From Squalus acanthias (lineage: Eukaryota): a stretch of DNA of 64,000 bases. The stretch is taken from assembly GCA_030390025.1 (NCBI GenBank), contig CM059429.1, positions 138,508,001 through 138,572,000 of the forward strand, read 5' to 3'. The translations under genes were made by a program, and so were the position numbers. Below the pieces are notes generated by a model. It saw only the letters and a program-made list of their open reading frames with translations. It had not been told where the DNA came from and made no database searches. Shown here piece after piece: positions 51,151 through 62,001 of the stretch (position 1 is the first letter of the stretch; each line of letters opens with the position of its first letter).

Positions 51151-52995
51151 CTGAGTCAACAGGCCACAAAGCCAGAGATTAACTTCTGCAGAACCTCTGT
51201 TCCCCATTGTCAGACTCCACTTTCACCTGTGACTTCTTCAATAATGTTGTGCTCTGCGCCTGACCCAGTGACAAACCCTCATCAGAACTATTTACATGAC
51301 ACAAAGATAGACGGCATTGTCGGCAGTGTTGATGAATGCATAAAATTACAAAGGGATATTGACAGATTAAGTGAATGGGCAAAACTGGAAAATGGATTTC
51401 AATGTGAGGTCATCCACTTTGGACCTTAAAAGGATAGAACAGGGTACTTTCTAAATGGTGAAAGGCTAAAAACAGTGGAGGTCCAAGGAGACTTGGGGGT
51501 CCAGGCACATAGATCATTAAAATGTCATGAACAGGTACAGAAAATAATCAAAAAGGCTAATGAAATGCTGGCCTTTATATTTAGAGGACTAGAATACAAA
51601 ATGGGTAGAAGTTATGCTGCAGCTATACAGGAAGTAACATACAGGGTGGATAAAGGGCAACCAGTGGATGTGGTGTATTTAGACTTCCAAAAGGCATTTG
51701 ACAAGGTGCCACACGAAAGATTATTGCTTAAGATAAAAAATCACGGGATTGGGGGTAATATTCTGGCATGGATAGAGGATTGGCTATCTAACAGAAGGCA
51801 GAGAGTTGGGATAAATGGTTCATTCTCAGACTGGCAATCAGTAACTAGTGGTGTTCTGCAGGGGTCAGTGCTGGGTCCCCAACTCTTTACAATCTATATT
51901 AACGATGTGGAGGAGGGGACCAAGTGTAACATATCAAAGTTTGCAGATGATACTAAGATGGAAGTAGTGAGTGAGGAGGACATAAAAAATCTGCAAGGGG
52001 ACATAGACAGGCTAAGTAAGTGGGCAGAGATTTGGTAGATGGAATACAATACTGGAAAGTGTGAGGTTATGCACTTTGGCAGGAAAAATAGTAGAGCAAG
52101 TTATTATCTTAATGGCAAGAAACTGGAAAGTACTGAAGTACAAAGGGATCTGGGGGTCCTGGTGCACGAAACTCAAAAGGTTAGTATGCAGGTGCAGCAA
52201 GTGATTAAGAAGGCCAATGGAATGTTGGCTTTCATTGCTAGGGGGATAGAATATAAAAATAGGGAGGTATTGCTTCAGTTGTACAAGGTATTGGTGAGAC
52301 TGCACCTGGAATACTGCATACAGTTTTGGTGTCCATACTTAAGAAAAGACATACTTGCTCTCGAGTCAGTACAAAGAAGGTTCACTCGGTTAATCCCGGG
52401 GATGAGGGGATGGACATATGAGGAGAGGTTGGGTAGATTGGGACTCTACTCATTGGAGTTCAGAAGAATGAGAGGCGATCTTATTGAAACATATAAGATT
52501 GTGAAGAGGTTGGATCGGGTGGATGCGGGGAGGATGTTCCCGATGATGGGTGATGAAGTAAGCCCCCAAAGTGCGGACCAAGTGATATACAAGGTTGACG
52601 CTACTGGCTTGTTGAAAGAAAGACAGACCAACTAATTGAAGTTACAACGGTTTATTCAGGCCTGGGGAGAGCTTCTCACGTCGCTGCGTAAGTCCAACTC
52701 CATCGAGCTAATCAAAGCACACATATTTATACAACATTTCTGCCTTACCCTTACGGAGATCCAATTAATTTTAAAAGTTACACATTTACTCATTATCCGA
52801 GGGTGGCGGTTTATACAAAGATAACACATAATTTACACACAAGTTGTGCTAGCCCATGATGTGGTTTCCAGAACTGTGCTAAGTTTTCTGTTAGTCTCGT
52901 TATAGGCCTGCTTCTGTTAATCTTGTTATAGGCCTGCTTCTGTTAATCTTGAGAAGTCGCACAACACCAGGTTATAGTCCAACAGATTTATTTAA

Positions 52996-53036
52996 AATTA
53001 CAAGCTTTCGGAGCTGTCGCCCCTTCGTCAGGCAAA
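52996..53036 (-). ncRNA. Minimal type I hammerhead ribozyme motif in the Penelope 3' pLTR
   Basis: UUGC-CUGACGA-A-GGGGC-GACA-GCUCC-GAAA-GCU-U-GUAA: conserved cores, stem II hairpin, palindromic AAGCUU stem III, stem I UUGC/GUAA. Confidence 0.8.
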
Positions 53037-55316
53037 GGTACAGTGAGTGAATCTACAACATTACACCGTATATAAACACAGACACTGCAGAGATACAATC
53101 TTTCAGGGAAGGTGTCCTTACATCAAAGACATACCAGAGCACAGACAAGACAATGAGATGTGTCACAGGGGGTCCAACGTGTCAAATCCTGCTGTCTGAA
53201 GTTGTTTTTTTTTTTTTTAAAAAGTGTTTTTTTTAATAAAAACTGGAAAGACAGACAACGATGTCGAGTCACATTCTGTAGCGTGACATGAACCCGATAT
53301 CCCTATTGAGGCCATCCTCATGGGTGCGGAACTTGGCTATCAGTTTCTGCTCGATGATTTTGCGTTGTCGTGTGTCTCGAAGGCCGCCTTGGAGAACGCT
53401 AACCCGCAGATCCGAGACTGAATGTTCTTGACTGCTGAAGTGTTCCCCGACTGGGAGGTAGCAATCCTGCCTGGCGATTGTTGCGTGGTGTCCACTCATA
53501 CGTTGTCTCAGTGTCTGCATGGTCTCGCCGATGTACCATGCTCTGGGGCATCCTTTCCTGCAACGTATCAGGTAGACAACGTTGGCCGAGCCACATGAGT
53601 ATGTACCATGTACCTGGTGGGTAGTGTCCTCACGTGAGATGACGGTATCTGTGTTCATGATCTGGCATGTCTTGCAGAGGTTGCCGTGGCAGGGTTGTGT
53701 GGTGTCGTGGTCGCTGTTCTCCTGACAGCTGGGTAATTTGCTGCGAATGATGGTACTTTTGAGGTTAGGCGGCTGCTTGAAGGCGAGTAGTGGAGGCGTG
53801 GGGATGGTCTTAGCAAGGTGTTCGTCGTCATCGATGACATGTTGAAGGCTGCGAAGAACATGGCATAGTTTCTCCGCTCCGGGGAAGTACTGGACGACGC
53901 AGGGTACTCTGTTGGTTGTGTCCCGTGTTCGCCTCCTGAGGAGGTCTATGAGGTTTTTCGCTGTGGCCCGTCGGAACTGTTGATCGACGAGTCGAGCGTC
54001 ATATCCCGTTCTTACGAGGGCGTCTTTCAGTGTCCGTAGGTGTCCATCGCGTTCCTCCTCGTCTGAGCAGATCCTGTGTATTCGCAGGGCTTGTCCATAG
54101 GGGATGGCTTCTTTAACGTGGTTAGGGTGGAAGCTGGAGAAGTGGAGCATCGTGAGGTTGTCCGTGGGCTTGCGGTAGAGTGAAGTGCTGAGGTGTCTGT
54201 CTTTGATGGAGATTCGTGTGTCCAAGAATGAAACCGATTCTGAGGAGTAATCCATGGTGAGTTTGATGGTGGGATGGAACCTGTTGATGTTATCGTGTAG
54301 TCCTTTCAGTGATCCTTCACCGTGGGTCCAAAGGAAGAAGATGTATCTGGTGTACAGCGTTGGTTGGAGGTCCTGTGCAGCGAAGAAGTCTTGCTCGAAC
54401 TTGTGCATGAAGATGTTGGCGTATTGGGGTGCGAATTTGGTCCCCATGGCTGTTCCGTGTGTTTGGGTAAAAAACTGGTTGTCGAAGGTGAAGACATTGT
54501 GGTCAAGGATGAAGCGGATGAGTTGTAGGATGGCGTCTGAGATTGGCTGTTGTTGGTGTTGAGTACTGAGGCTGTCGCAGCGATGCCATCATCATGGGGG
54601 ATATTGGTGTAGAGTGCCGATACGTCCATCGTGGCGAGGAGTGTTCCTGGTTCAACTGGTCCATGGGTGCTGAGTTTCTGCAAGAAGTCTGTAGTGTCGC
54701 GACAGAAGCTGGGGGTTCCCTGTATGATGGGTTTCAGGATGCCCTCGACGTACCCAGAGAGGTTCTCACACAGGGTTCCGTTGCCTGATACGATAGGACG
54801 TCCGGGTGTGTTGGCTTTGTGTATCTTTGGGAGGCAGTAAAAGTCTCCTACGGGGGGAGTACGTGGGATGAGAGCGCGTAGGATGTTTTGAAGGTCTGGA
54901 TCGAAGGTCTTGATCAGTCTATTGAGTTGGCGGGTGTGTTCTTTGGTCGGATCTGCGGGTAGCTGTCTGCAGTGTTCCTGGTTGTCCAGTTGTCGGTATG
55001 CTTCTTTGCAATAGTCCATTCTGTTCTGTATGACGATGGCTCCTCCTTTGTCCGCTGGTTTGATGACGATGTTGCGGTTGGTCTTGAGAGCGTGAATGGC
55101 ATTGCGTTGTGCTCGGGTGACATTCTGGACTGTCTTGTGCGTGCGGCTGATGAATCTGGCATTGATGCATTTCATGACAGCTTGAGCATACATGTCAAGC
55201 TTAGGGCAGCGACCCTCCGGAGGGGTCCAATTTGACTCTTTCTTCTTTGGTTGCTGCACTGCGGTTCCCTCTGTCTGCTGTTCCGGATCATTGATTGTCT
55301 CATTGGGTTTGTTTGG

Positions 55317-55354
55317 TGACCTGACGAAGGAGCAGCCGCTCCGAAAGCTTGTGA
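55317..55354 (+). ncRNA. Second hammerhead motif in the inverted pLTR copy
   Basis: AC-CUGACGA-A-GGAGC-AGCC-GCUCC-GAAA-GCU-U-GUGA; stem I is shortened by the inversion junction. Confidence 0.7.
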
Positions 55355-55546
55355 TTGCAAATAAAACTGTTGGACTATAACCTGGTGTTGTGCGACTTCT
55401 CACTTCTGTTAATCTTGTTATAGGCCTGCTTCTGTTAATCTTGTTATAGGCCTGCTTCTGTTAATCTCGTTATAGATCTGCTTCTCTGCAAATGAGTCAT
55501 GCCCGTCTTGCCCCTGTTAATTCCAATTTTTTAATATCTTACTTCA

Positions 55547-55558
55547 GTCCCCCCTTTT
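55547..55558 (-). other. ERV polypurine tract
   Basis: AAAAGGGGGGAC immediately before the 3' LTR on the minus strand. Confidence 0.9.
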
Positions 55559-56619
55559 GACCTATTGGACAACTGTTCCAATACAGGTCAACATGTATTC
55601 CTGTTGCCTGGAGTTTGCCCGAGCGTGCACTCTCTGGCCTTCTACCAGTCTAGGTTATAATTGGGTATGACATAAACCAATTTATGAGCCGGTTTCACCC
55701 CACGCGGTATATGTGGTCTTTTTTGTCTTTGTTCTTGTGTTGCCATTCCCGGGGCCCCAGAGCCCTGCATCAATGGTTTGAGCTTCTGGTTCGAGCTCGT
55801 CCTCCATCCCTCGGTGGGTGCGTGACGTGTCCTTTCGAGACTGTCATCACTCACCAATCCTGTTTCTGCCACTCCCGTCTTACGATTGGCCGGCCTGGTT
55901 ATTAATTACCGTGTCCAATTCATTCTTGTAATTTTAGGGCTATAGATCGGGTCTTACACCATTCTCATCAGAGTGGCTGAGGGATCTCCTGCGAGAAGCT
56001 CCTCATCCTCCTTTCTTAGTTTTAAGCATCCTTTCTATATTATGGAGTACGCCTAGGCCTATAAGGCCATATATAAGCAGATACTTGATCATCTTGTTCC
56101 TTGTTGTCGGCCGTCCCTTCTTCCGTTGTTCTTCTAATTTGTCCTGTGGAAATACAAGGCTGGTCGTCACCAGCAGTTAATTATTCCATTCTTACTACTT
56201 CTACTATCTCGGGCCTTGGGTTACCCCGTACCCGGATACACACTCCTTGATAGACGCATACAGAACCTACAATTATTCAAGCCATGCAGATACATCCAAT
56301 TAAAATAGTAGAATGCCTTCCACTTCCTCATCTTGTAACCTTTGTTTGTTAGCAGGCATTGGTTTCATTAAGTGTTCCGTTTTCTGTAATTTTTTAGAGT
56401 TGTGTGATTAGTTTATTTTAGCTCATCCTTATTGACTCAATCCTGTTCCAGTCTCTTCTCTCCTGGCCAGTTTCCCAGATCTATTGAAACATTCAGACCA
56501 CGAAGAATATTACTATCATAACGCGACAGGATCCTATTAACGCGAATACAAGGTCATCCGGCTCCTTTTGGACTTTATGCCAATAATCCTTGCTTTCCTT
56601 GTGCAATATGATTTCTGGG

Positions 56620-57800
56620 TTACTCATCGGGTTCTTTGTATAATTTTAATTGTGTCCAGTGTTTCCATCTTCCTTTTCCAGTGCCGTGCAGGTCTATACA
56701 CGCACAAGTGTCGCTGGTCATTAATACCAAATAGGGTCCTTCCCACCGGGGCTGTAACCCAGGTTTTATTGGAATAATTCTGGACATTACCTGACTTCCC
56801 ACCCCAGGTATAACTTTCTTTTGTTCCTCGGTATCCCTTTCCAGATCCTTGATTATCTGCTGGTCTCTAGCCTCCTGTCTCAGCCCGTGCAGTTCCGCAC
56901 ATAATTGCTTTATGAACCTTCTGATTCTGTCCTTTAAAGGTCCCACATCTTCCCCTCTGGTCACTACTCCTTCGGGAAGCGCCATTGCCCGTCCCGTCAT
57001 TAATTCAAAAGGGGTCAGTCCGGTGGTGCTATTTGGTGTGGCCCTTAGTCTCATTAGGATCGTGGGTAACAGTTCCGCCCATCCCTGCCCCGTCTCCACA
57101 ATTGCCTTTGTGAGAGATCGTTTTAAGGTCCGATTCATTCGTTCCACCATTCCTGAACTTTCGGGATGGTAAGGTATATGAAATTTCTGCCTTACACCCA
57201 ACAGGGCGCAAGCCTCTTTCATTACCTTTCCGGTAAAGTGTGTTCCATTATCTGAATCTATTTGTAATGGGACTCCCCACCGGGGTATTATTTCTTCTGC
57301 CAAGATCCGAGCCACGGTACTGGCGGTACAGTTTCGGGTGACGAAAGCTTCCACCCACCTTGTGAATTGGTCGATTATTACCAGACAGTAGGTTTTTCCT
57401 TTGCTTTTGGTTAATGGTCCGGCAAAGTCTATTTGAAGTTTCTCCCAGGGTCCCTTGGGTCTCGGCTGTCTACCACATTTTACCTTTACTGGTTTTCCGG
57501 TGTTACATTGCGCACAAATGTGGCAATCCTTACAATACTTCCTTACACTGCTTGATAGTCCGGGCCACCACCAGCATCGGCCTATGTTATTTATCATTCG
57601 GCTGGCCCCTGTATGGGCTTGTCCGTGATACAACCTCATTAGTTCCTGTTGGATACACTCGGGTGCACAGACCCGTCCCTCCTTTCTCCAGACCTTATCT
57701 CTGGATAGCATTACTCCCTTCTCTTCCCAAATTTTCAGCTCAGGTTCTGGTATGTCTCGATGTAATTTAACAATATTATACTCAAGGGGTATTAATGGGA
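56620..57800 (-). CDS. pol: ERV integrase (open)
   Basis: HHCC zinc finger (HGQAH..CHIC), LQIDFAG, IDSDNGTHF, SSGMVERMN, WEGPY. Confidence 0.93.
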
Positions 57801-57821
57801 CTGGGACTCCCCCTATCGGTT

Positions 57822-59000
57822 TTACACTGCCACGATGGGGGATCGTCTAGTGGAATAGTAGGCCACCGATCTCATGTTTCCTCCGTGCTCCTGGGCTACT
57901 ACGGTGCTATAGCGTTCGTCATGATTGTGACAGAATATGTGATAGGGTCTCTCTTGGTCAGGTAATCCTAATGCAGGGGCGGCGGTCAGGGCTTGTTTAA
58001 GTTTGGTAAATGCTTCTTCCTGAGTGGATGTCCACTCGATGGGTTCTTCTGCTGCCCTACCCACCTTTGTTAATTCATACAGGGGCGCGGCCATGTGTGA
58101 GAAGCCTTCTATAAAGTTCCGGCTAAAGTTAAAGAGACCGAGTACCTGACGTACTCCTCTCACGTTTATGGGTCTTGGCATTTGGCGGATTGCCTCCTTC
58201 CTTTCCTCTGGCATAGCCCTTTTTCCCATACTGACCCTATACCCCAGGTATATGACTTCCAATTTTCCTACCTGGGCTTTGGCTGGGTTTGCCTTAAAAC
58301 CCGCATCCCGTAGGGCTGAAAAGACCTTTGTCAGGGCCCCCTTGTGTCCCTCTTTCGTTTCTGACGCTATTAGGAGGTCATCCACGTATTGTAAGAGGGT
58401 ACTATTTTCACCCTCTAAGTCTAGGTCTTCAAGAGCTCTGGCCATGTGGCGGTGAAAAATGGCTGGACTGTTATGGAATCCTTGTGGGACCCGTGTCCAT
58501 GTATACTGTTTGCCGCCTATTGTAAAGGCAAATTTTTCTTGTGATTCCTCATGCAGGGGAATGGACCAGAATCCGTTTGCAATGTCTAACACGGTGAATA
58601 TTTTGTGTTCTGGTTTTAAACCGTTAAAGATAGTGGCTGGGCTTGCTACAATTGAATATTCCTTTGGGGTCACTTTATTTAAGGCTGTGTAATCGATTGT
58701 AAGTCGATATGACGCATCAGGTTTCTTTACTGGCCATACTGGAGAATTAGTGCCGGACACTGTTTCTTGCAAAATTCCTTGTTTAACTAGTTCCAATACT
58801 GTACTCCGTACGGCTGTCTGGGCCTCCATTTTTAGGGGATACTGTTTATGGGGTCGGTGGGTTGGCCCGGGGACTCTGACTGGGTTTATCTTGACCAGTC
58901 CGCAGTCCTGCTTGTGTTTGGCCCATAGTTCGGGGAATCGGTGGCAAATTTCCCCCCATCCTCCCGTTTCGTCCCATTTGGGGTCTATTATTCGGAGAGC
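57822..59000 (-). CDS. pol: ERV reverse transcriptase plus start of connection domain; RNase H missing
   Basis: NSPVWPVKKPD, LDIANGFWSIPL, WTRVPQGFHNSP, QYVDDLL, LTAAPALGLPD, VAYYS; only ~110 nt separate it from the integrase Met. Confidence 0.93.
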   Translation of the reverse strand, partial: ALRIIDPKWDETGGWGEICHRFPELWAKHKQDCGLVKINPVRVPGPTHRPHKQYPLKMEAQTAVRSTVLELVKQGILQETVSGTNSPVWPVKKPDASYRLTIDYTALNKVTPKEYSIVASPATIFNGLKPEHKIFTVLDIANGFWSIPLHEESQEKFAFTIGGKQYTWTRVPQGFHNSPAIFHRHMARALEDLDLEGENSTLLQYVDDLLIASETKEGHKGALTKVFSALRDAGFKANPAKAQVGKLEVIYLGYRVSMGKRAMPEERKEAIRQMPRPINVRGVRQVLGLFNFSRNFIEGFSHMAAPLYELTKVGRAAEEPIEWTSTQEEAFTKLKQALTAAPALGLPDQERPYHIFCHNHDERYSTVVAQEHGGNMRSVAYYSTRRSPIVAV

Positions 59001-59389
59001 GCTGTCTTGGATCCCTTTGATTTATGTCTCTCTTCCTTATGGTTATTGAGCCATAGCAACTTATCCTGCTTGGGGTCTATTAAAACTCCCACTTCCCGTA
59101 GTATGTCTATACCCAGGATGGTCCCCTCAGTATTTTCACAGATCCAGAAACATGTAGGTATAATGATTTTTCCTAATTCTGGTAATACTGTCTCACTTTT
59201 CCATGCTTTAATTTTTACTCCCCTTATCCCGGATATAAAAATATTTTTCTTGGTTCGTGGCAAGGGTACGTTTGTTAGAGATATTGCTGCCCCGGTGTCT
59301 ATGAGCATTCTGCACTGTCGGCCCCCTACCAGTGCCTCAATAAACATTCTAGGGTCTCCCTTTGCCGGGTCTCCGAGGGCCGCTACCTG
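58988..59389 (-). CDS. pro: ERV aspartic protease, in frame with gag after a TGA; frameshifted relative to RT
   Basis: LIDTGAAIS and ILGIDIL motifs. Confidence 0.9.
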   Translation of the reverse strand, partial: QVAALGDPAKGDPRMFIEALVGGRQCRMLIDTGAAISLTNVPLPRTKKNIFISGIRGVKIKAWKSETVLPELGKIIIPTCFWICENTEGTILGIDILREVGVLIDPKQDKLLWLNNHKEERHKSKGSKTALSE

Positions 59390-60937
59390 TCAGGCGTTGC
59401 CCTTTTTTATTTGTTTGACCAGTTTTTCCATTTTCCTTGTCAGCCCCACTATGTCTTCCTTGTCGGAGGTGTCTGAGGAATCGTCTCTCTTATACTTCCT
59501 ACTCTTTCTCCTCTTCCTTTCTTCTCTTTCCCTGTCATCCTCCCAGTCTTGCATTCCCTTCTTGATCAGTTTCGCCATGTTTTCCTCGTTATTCTCTGAC
59601 CTTCCAATACTTGACCCCGGTTTTCCTCCCTGTCTAGGTCCCTGACCTTCCCTTCCTCCTCCTTTATTCCAACATTGTTGTTTCCTATGCCCTGGTTTTC
59701 CACAGTTATGACAGGAAGCCTTTTGCTAAGATGTCTGATTACCCGCCTTGTTCTGTTGCCTCGGGCAATCCCTTTTCATGTGGCCCTCCTGTCCGCAACC
59801 GAAGCATGCCGCCACACTTAATGCATCTTCATTGTCGCTATCCGTCCTTAGAGCAGCTATTTTAGGTTTGGCTTGTTCTTGGGCCTGATTATCTACTTCG
59901 CACGCCCACTGTATTAAATCATCCCAATTATTGTGGACCACTAGCCCCATTTTTATTGCATTCTGGTGCACTGGACTTAGTCCCTGTTTAAATGTTTGCA
60001 GAAAACAAGCGTTGTTTTTGTTTAAGGGGCCTGGGATCCCACAGTTACCCTCAAAGGCGGACCACTTTCGTTTTCCATAATCGATGGCGCTTTCTCCCTT
60101 TTTTTGTGTGATTCCGCTTATAGCTGCCCAATTTACGGGGGCCTGTCCCATTGCTGCTTCCACAGCGGCCTTGAATTGGTCGAACTCAGTGTTTAATTGT
60201 TGGATTGTCTGTCCTGTATTTGCGGCCCACTGGCCATTTCCGTGGTTGCCCTGCACTAATCTCCACTGTTCCTCGGGACATTTAGCTCGTACCAATTGAT
60301 CGATGTCTATACTATGTAGGGCATGGTTTATGCGTACTTCGCGCAGTTTGTGCCAGAATGTCTGATTATTCTGGCGGTGTTTTACGGTTGGCAATTCGTT
60401 GAGGAGAATCACCCGATCCTGCAGGCTTAACGGTGTGTAAGTCATCATTGTGGTGGCTGGCCTGCCCAGTACTGCCGGAACAGCCGGATTTCCCCCCGCC
60501 ACGGGAACTGCCGGGACCGCGGGGATTGCCGGCCTATATTGCAGTGTCACTGGTGCCATCGGAACAGGCTCCGGGGCCACCGACTGGTGTCCTGAATACG
60601 GGGGAGGACAGCCGGTCGGCCCCCCCTGGGGCAGTTCCGGGTATACCTTTTCCCGGGAGTCACCCGGGTTTGGGGCGGTTGCAGCGACTGGATATGTCTT
60701 AAGGACTCCGCGCTGAAGCGTACATTCCCGATGGTAACGTGCCGCCACCATAATGTACGCTTTTTCCAATTTATTTTTGGTTTGGTTCATCCACCACTCC
60801 CTTTGTGTGTCTAGTTTATCGTCCCGGTTCCACCCTGCCTTCCTCATTTTCTCAATTAGTTTTTTATTCTTGTCATAAACATATCATGTTACAGACTCTG
60901 GGTCTCCCCAGGGTTCCTTATCCTCTTTACTAGTCAT
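59390..60937 (-). pseudogene. gag: ERV gag with two in-frame stops
   Basis: One frame from ATG 60937. Contains YPEL and PPPY motifs, two CCHC knuckles (CFGCGQEGHMKRDC, CHNCGKPGHRKQQC) and a charged C-terminal tail. Stops at ~60884-60886 and 59726-59728. Confidence 0.88.
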
Positions 60938-61506
60938 ATCCAAAGTTTTCGAGTACTCCTATACTTTTTTCAATATTTTATACACCCTTACTTGTCACGT
61001 GATCACGATCCTGTGGTGCTTTGTAGTCCCTACGCCTACTTGATCCTGGCCGTCACGTGGGACTACGTCCTCTTAATTCAGGCTCAGGCTAGGTGTTTGA
61101 GATAGGCACCACCCTTGTCCGAGTCGATCACTCCGTGATTCTCAGTTCAACTTTATACTTTATTGACACAACGGATCTCCTTATACTTTAAGCAGTCACG
61201 CGCTTAGTCTACTTTTCGGCCAGAAGGACTCGTCCTTCACCCAGTGTTAAAACAACCCGCTTAACTACTTCTTAAGAGCCGCACCTCGTGGGCCTACCGG
61301 GTTTCTAAACCCTTGTTTTCCGGTACCGCAGTCCGGCAGTTTTAACCGCCTTCAATTAAAGGTGTCTTTCTTTTTATAGTTCTTTTGTACATTGATCTTA
61401 CTTAACGTCTCGCCAGCGATTAACCTCTAATTTTACAGGTGGTAATTTTAAACGTACTCACCCGTCTTAGGTTATCGCTGTCCGAGAGTTTTTGTTCAGA
61501 TCGCGT

Positions 61507-61524
61507 ATCCCATCCTCGTCGCCA
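61507..61524 (-). other. ERV primer-binding site, tRNA-Ser(GCU)
   Basis: TGGCGACGAGGATGGGAT is the 18-nt complement of ATCCCATCCTCGTCG-CCA, the 3' end of vertebrate tRNA-Ser(GCU); it lies 2 nt from the 5' LTR. Confidence 0.9.
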
Positions 61525-61526
61525 AT

Positions 61527-62001
61527 TGAAGTAAGCCCCCAAAGTGCGGACCAAGTGATATACAAGGTCGACGCTACTGGCTTGTTGAAAGAAAGACAGA
61601 CCAAGTAATTGAAGTCACAACGGTTTATTCAGGCCTGGGGAGAGCTTCTCACGTCGCTGCATAAGTCCAACTCCACCGAGCTAATCAAAGCACACATATT
61701 TATACAACATTTCTGCCTTACCCTTACGGAGATCCAATTAATTTTAAAAGTTACACATTTACTCATTATCCGAGGGTGGCGGTTTATACAAAGATAACAC
61801 ATAATTTACGCACAAGTTGTGCTAGCCCATGATGTTGTTTCCAGAACTGTGCTAAGTTTTCTGTTAGTCTCGTTATAGGCCTGCTTCTGTTAATCTTGTT
61901 ATAGGCCTGCTTCTGTTAATCTCATTATAGATCTGCTTCTCTGCAAATGAGTCATGCCCGTCTTGCGCCTGTTATTTCCAATTTTTTAATATCTTACTTC
62001 A
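61527..62001 (-). repeat. ERV 5' LTR (475 bp) with 26-bp tandem repeats
   Basis: 9-bp terminal inverted repeat TGAAGTAAG/CTTACTTCA; AATAAA on the minus strand at ~61624-61629. Confidence 0.95.

Larger units (their letters stand above)
52951..55402 (-). mobile_element. Penelope-like retroelement (RT plus GIY-YIG), 5'-truncated, with inverted terminal pLTR copy
   Basis: IKPADKGG, YCLPKIHK, GRPIVS, MDVSALYTNIP, MGTKFAPQYANIFM and VYLIRC..WYIGET peptides. 52951-53032 is an imperfect inverted repeat of 55320-55401. CTTCTGTTAATCTT flanks both sides. Confidence 0.93.
52554..55546 (-). repeat. ERV 3' LTR (52554-52950 plus 55403-55546), interrupted by Penelope
   Basis: About 10 substitutions relative to 61527-62001 by manual comparison, plus extra copies of the 26-bp internal repeat. 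Confidence 0.93.
52554..62001 (-). mobile_element. Endogenous retrovirus (LTR-gag-pro-RT-IN-env remnant-LTR), defective
   Basis: Paired LTRs TGAAGTAAG...CTTACTTCA, 5-bp TSD GGTGA (52549-52553, 62002-62006), PBS, PPT and gag/pol ORFs. Confidence 0.95.

Noticed and set aside
59726-59728. TAG between the two Gag zinc knuckles as programmed read-through
   Set aside because: More simply a post-insertion nonsense mutation; gag has another stop near 60885 and pol has a frameshift.
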